Positions 17,294 to 20,555 of a stretch of 20,555 nt of DNA are shown piece by piece. Numbering within the stretch: position 1 is the stretch's first letter; each line of letters begins with the position of its first letter. The stretch spans positions 1 through 20,555 of the forward strand of contig JAWOFP010000048.1 of assembly GCA_046497485.1 (NCBI GenBank). Direction: 5' to 3'. The translations under genes and the position numbers were made by a program. Below the pieces are notes generated by a model that had not been told where the DNA came from, searched no databases, and saw nothing but the letters and a program-made list of their open reading frames with translations. The stretch is from Candidatus Nanohaloarchaea archaeon. Its GTDB lineage: Archaea > Nanohalarchaeota > Nanosalinia > Nanosalinales > Nanosalinaceae.

Positions 17294-20200
17294 ATGGAAG
17301 AACTAGACGATGTAGAAAGCATGCTGCCACCAGGAGCAAATATCTCAGATATACGCTTCGAGGCATCAGACATAGTACTATACACAGACAGCAAGGACTT
17401 TTTCCTTGACAACAGCGAGACAGTGAGAGAGCTAGTCTCAAAACTGAAAAAAAGGATAGAGGTAAGGCCTACATCAAAACTATTCAAAACTCCTGAAACT
17501 GCCGAAGAAAAAATTGAAGAAGCAGTGCCGGAAGAAGCAGAGTTAGAAGATACCATCTTCCAGCCAAGCCTCGGAAAAGTTATAATTAGAGTAAAAAGGC
17601 CTTCAAAACTGAAAAATGCAGAAGACAAAATTAAAGAAGAGGCCTTATGGAGCCCACAGTTCGAAAGAGTTCCAGCTATCGACTCGAAAATTGTAGATAA
17701 AGCCCGTGAACTAACAGTTGAAGACCCAGAGTTCAGAAAAGATTTCCTACACGACGTAGGAAAGAAAATCAGGCTAGATAAAAGCGTTGGAGATGAATGG
17801 ATCAGGATTTCAAGTCTCGGAGGCTTCAGACAAGTCGGAAGATCATGCGTACTCGTCCAAACAGAAGAATCAAATGTATTAATGGACGCAGGAATCAGTC
17901 CTGGCGCAGAACCAGGATCTCCAGAAAACTACCCTTACTTGAATGCCCCAGAGTTGAATCTTCAGGATCTTGACGCAGTCGTGCTTTCACACGCACACAT
18001 GGACCACTGCCTAACACCAGAAACACCTGTAACAATGGCGGACGGTACAAGAAAACCTATCGCACAAGTAGAAAAAGGCGAGAAATTAAAGACTGTGAAC
18101 TGGGAAACTGGAGAAGTAGAAGAAGGGAAATGTACAGGCACTAAGGAAGTAAAGGATGAAGAATATCTTGAGATAGAGACTAACTTCAATAACATCAAAG
18201 CTTCAGAAGATCATAAATTCTTCAAATTTGAAGAGTTAGAGGTTAAAGAAGTCAAAGCAGAAAAACTTGAACAAGGAGACTTAATCCCAAGAAAATCTGT
18301 GCAAAGACCTAAAACTAAGAATATAGAACTTGAAGAACCCGAGTTTAGCGAAAGAATAAGCTTGACAGAAAAGGCCAAATCAGAGCTTATTGAGAAACGC
18401 CAAGAGAAAGGCCTATCGCAGAGAAAGGCATCTAAGAACGCAGATAAAGGAATCAATTTTGTAAATGATTTAGAAAACAAATATGACTCGGTTTACAAAG
18501 AAAATCTAGAATCACTCCTTAATCTATATAATATCGATAGTAAACAGTTTTTCATAGATAATGATGTAGAAAAAACGGTTTACCCCGAAAATCTGAACAG
18601 TAAATTAGCACAATTTATAGGCTACTTCTATGGAGACGGGCATAGAGATGTAAATAGATTAAGATTGACAGATAAAAACCGAGAATGCCTTAAAGAATAC
18701 AACGATTTGGTTGAATCGTTATTTAACTACAGAGGGAATATCAGAAATCATCCTGACCGTAGTAAGGAAGCCTATACTCTAGAAATTAACAACGTTGGGA
18801 TAGTCAAATTTTTAGAGGATAACTTTGAAGGAATTTATCTTAACTCCTCAGAAGGCACTATACCCTCAGAAATTAAGAGAACAACTCATTCGAACATGAA
18901 ATCATTTATCAGAGGCCTGTTTGATGCTGAAGGAGATATAGGAAACATAATCAGGATCTCCCAAAGCAGTAGTGAAGTACGAAAAGAGATTCAAAACTTG
19001 CTCTCATCAATAGGTATTAAGGCTTCTAATTCTGACAAAGATATCAGAGTCTCAATTTCACAGAATGTCGAGATTAAGAAGTTTATTGAAAAAGTAGGAT
19101 CATCTCACCCTGTAAAGAAAGAGAAACAAGAAAGATTGTTAGAATTGATAGAAGACTCCAATTCTAGAGAGTTAATGCCGGTTAGATCTGAAGATCTCCA
19201 CAGGATATTGGAGGAAGCAGGAATGACTGGTCGTGTTGGAGGAAGCCCTAACTACAAGAACTTAGAAACATGTCTTGTGGACTGGTATAGGAGAGATTCA
19301 GATAGTTTGGCAGGTAAAGAAACTGTAAAGACTTTGATTCAAACTTTAGAAGAAAGAGTTACTGAGTTAAAATCAAAAGAATCCGATAATATTCCTGAAG
19401 CCAGGAAGTCTATCTCTGTAACTAGAGAAACTGTTGTCAATTCTACATCAAGTAGTATGGATCACGTCCAATTGATTGAAGATAAAGGGAAACCGATAGC
19501 GGTCCAAGAAGAAGTATCAGAATATCTAGAAACCCAGATAGAGTCAGCTATTACAGATACCCTAGAAAATATTGAATCATTGAAAAAATTGCTTTCTATG
19601 GATGTTGAATGGCATCAGATAAATAACATAGAAAAAGAAAATAACGAATACGGATATTTAGTGGATATCAGAGTTGATCCACATCATAACTTCATTGCAA
19701 ACGATCAAGTAGTTCACAACTGCGGAATGATTCCTTACCTATACAAAATGGGTTATGATGGCCCGCTTTACTGCACAAAGCCTACCCGTGACATGATGAT
19801 CATGCTATGCCTGGACTACATAGGCCTAGCGCATTCAGAGAATAACACGGCGCCTTACGATTCTTCAGCAATCAAGAAAGCAGTGAAGAGAACAATTACA
19901 CCGGACTATGGAGAGGTAACAGATATCACTCCTGATATGAGATTAACACTGAAGAATTCTGGTCATATTATCGGTAGTGCTTTAACTCATCTTCATGTTG
20001 GGGAAGGCCTCCATAATATCCTGTACACAGGAGACTACAACTATGATACTACAGAAACTCTTCGTCAAGCGGATACAGATTTCCAGAGAGTTGAGACAAT
20101 GATCACAGAATCTACCTATGGCGGTAGAGACGATAAGCAGACGCCTAGAGAGGAAGCTAACAAGAAGTTCCTTTCAAAGGTTAAACAGACATTGAGCAAG

Positions 20201-20555
20201 GGCGGAAAAGTTATTGTACCTGTTTTCGCAGTAGGCCGCTCACAGGAGGTTCTTGCTTTGCTCGCTGATGAGATGGATCGAAGCTACTTTGATTACAATG
20301 TCTATGTCGATGGAATGATCAATGACGCAAACGCTTTGCACACAGCTTACCCCGAGTTTCTTTCAAAGAAGATTCAGAACAAAGTAATCCGGAAGAACTC
20401 GCCGTTCCTCAAAGAAAATATCAAGGCGATCGGCAGCTACAATGAGAGACAAGAAGTCTACGATGACGATGCATGTATCATCCTAACTACTTCAGGATCG
20501 ATTACAGGAGGTCCAATTATGTCATACTTGAAGAGAGAGGCCTCAGAACCTGAAA
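17294..20555 (+). CDS. fttA: aCPSF1/FttA beta-CASP ribonuclease (transcription termination factor), intein-containing, 3'-truncated
   Basis: Open frame from ATG 17294 to the window end. It has an N-terminal KH region, LGGFRQVGRSC, LMDAG, SHAHMDH-[intein]-CG, SGHIIGS, YTGDY, ESTYGG, VPVFAVGRSQE and TTSG. The psmB-aCPSF1 adjacency is a known conserved archaeal gene pair. Confidence 0.95.
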   Translation, partial: MEELDDVESMLPPGANISDIRFEASDIVLYTDSKDFFLDNSETVRELVSKLKKRIEVRPTSKLFKTPETAEEKIEEAVPEEAELEDTIFQPSLGKVIIRVKRPSKLKNAEDKIKEEALWSPQFERVPAIDSKIVDKARELTVEDPEFRKDFLHDVGKKIRLDKSVGDEWIRISSLGGFRQVGRSCVLVQTEESNVLMDAGISPGAEPGSPENYPYLNAPELNLQDLDAVVLSHAHMDHCLTPETPVTMADGTRKPIAQVEKGEKLKTVNWETGEVEEGKCTGTKEVKDEEYLEIETNFNNIKASEDHKFFKFEELEVKEVKAEKLEQGDLIPRKSVQRPKTKNIELEEPEFSERISLTEKAKSELIEKRQEKGLSQRKASKNADKGINFVNDLENKYDSVYKENLESLLNLYNIDSKQFFIDNDVEKTVYPENLNSKLAQFIGYFYGDGHRDVNRLRLTDKNRECLKEYNDLVESLFNYRGNIRNHPDRSKEAYTLEINNVGIVKFLEDNFEGIYLNSSEGTIPSEIKRTTHSNMKSFIRGLFDAEGDIGNIIRISQSSSEVRKEIQNLLSSIGIKASNSDKDIRVSISQNVEIKKFIEKVGSSHPVKKEKQERLLELIEDSNSRELMPVRSEDLHRILEEAGMTGRVGGSPNYKNLETCLVDWYRRDSDSLAGKETVKTLIQTLEERVTELKSKESDNIPEARKSISVTRETVVNSTSSSMDHVQLIEDKGKPIAVQEEVSEYLETQIESAITDTLENIESLKKLLSMDVEWHQINNIEKENNEYGYLVDIRVDPHHNFIANDQVVHNCGMIPYLYKMGYDGPLYCTKPTRDMMIMLCLDYIGLAHSENNTAPYDSSAIKKAVKRTITPDYGEVTDITPDMRLTLKNSGHIIGSALTHLHVGEGLHNILYTGDYNYDTTETLRQADTDFQRVETMITESTYGGRDDKQTPREEANKKFLSKVKQTLSKGGKVIVPVFAVGRSQEVLALLADEMDRSYFDYNVYVDGMINDANALHTAYPEFLSKKIQNKVIRKNSPFLKENIKAIGSYNERQEVYDDDACIILTTSGSITGGPIMSYLKREASEPE
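18008..19720 (+). mobile_element. Intein of 571 aa with a LAGLIDADG homing endonuclease and HTH domain(s)
   Basis: Block A CLTPETPVTMADG; block B IKASEDHKFF; LAGLIDADG blocks LAQFIGYFYGDG (18605-18640) and FIRGLFDAEG (18905-18934); blocks F/G LVDIRVDPHHNFIANDQVVHN followed by +1 Cys. Removing it restores HAHMDHCGMIPYL. Confidence 0.95.

Larger units (their letters stand above)
766..20543. repeat. Dispersed, highly iterated palindrome AGGCCT (~59 copies)
   Basis: Manual count. Examples: 766, 988, 1805, 2611, 4023, 9249, 9499, 9890, 10601, 14551, 17235, 20538. Confidence 0.9.

Noticed and set aside
17281..18480. Minus-strand ORFs 17281..17628, 17962..18198 and 18211..18480
   Set aside because: These are Ser/Phe-rich antisense shadows of the fttA/intein reading frame.
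1..20555. CRISPR array, tRNA/rRNA genes or IS/transposase
   Set aside because: I saw no regularly spaced repeats, cloverleaf or transposase motifs. The AGGCCT sites are irregularly spaced hexamers within genes, and the intergenic gaps are short.

Overview
Archaeal chromosomal segment with roughly 40% GC and a strongly acidic (D/E-rich) proteome. By inference it fits a halophilic DPANN archaeon such as Nanohaloarchaeota. The left ~9 kb is a cluster of cell-surface genes: a partial acidic ORF, two tandem paralogous Tat lipoproteins, and a 1643-aa PKD/Cys-rich protein with a PGF-CTERM-like tail. Next come a 42-aa C2H2 zinc-finger microprotein missed by the ORF track, proS with an unusual Cys-rich insertion, a PIN-like protein, an MTA/SAH deaminase-type amidohydrolase, a GNAT-like protein, an M20 peptidase, and an MFS transporter split by one in-frame TAA. 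The window ends with proteasome beta and the aCPSF1/FttA transcription-termination RNase. FttA is absent from the ORF track because it runs off the end, and it carries a 571-aa LAGLIDADG/HTH intein inserted directly after its HxHxDH metal-binding motif. Across the whole window the palindrome AGGCCT occurs about 59 times by manual count, against roughly 3 expected from base composition. It falls in all codon phases, which suggests a HIP1-like highly iterated palindrome.
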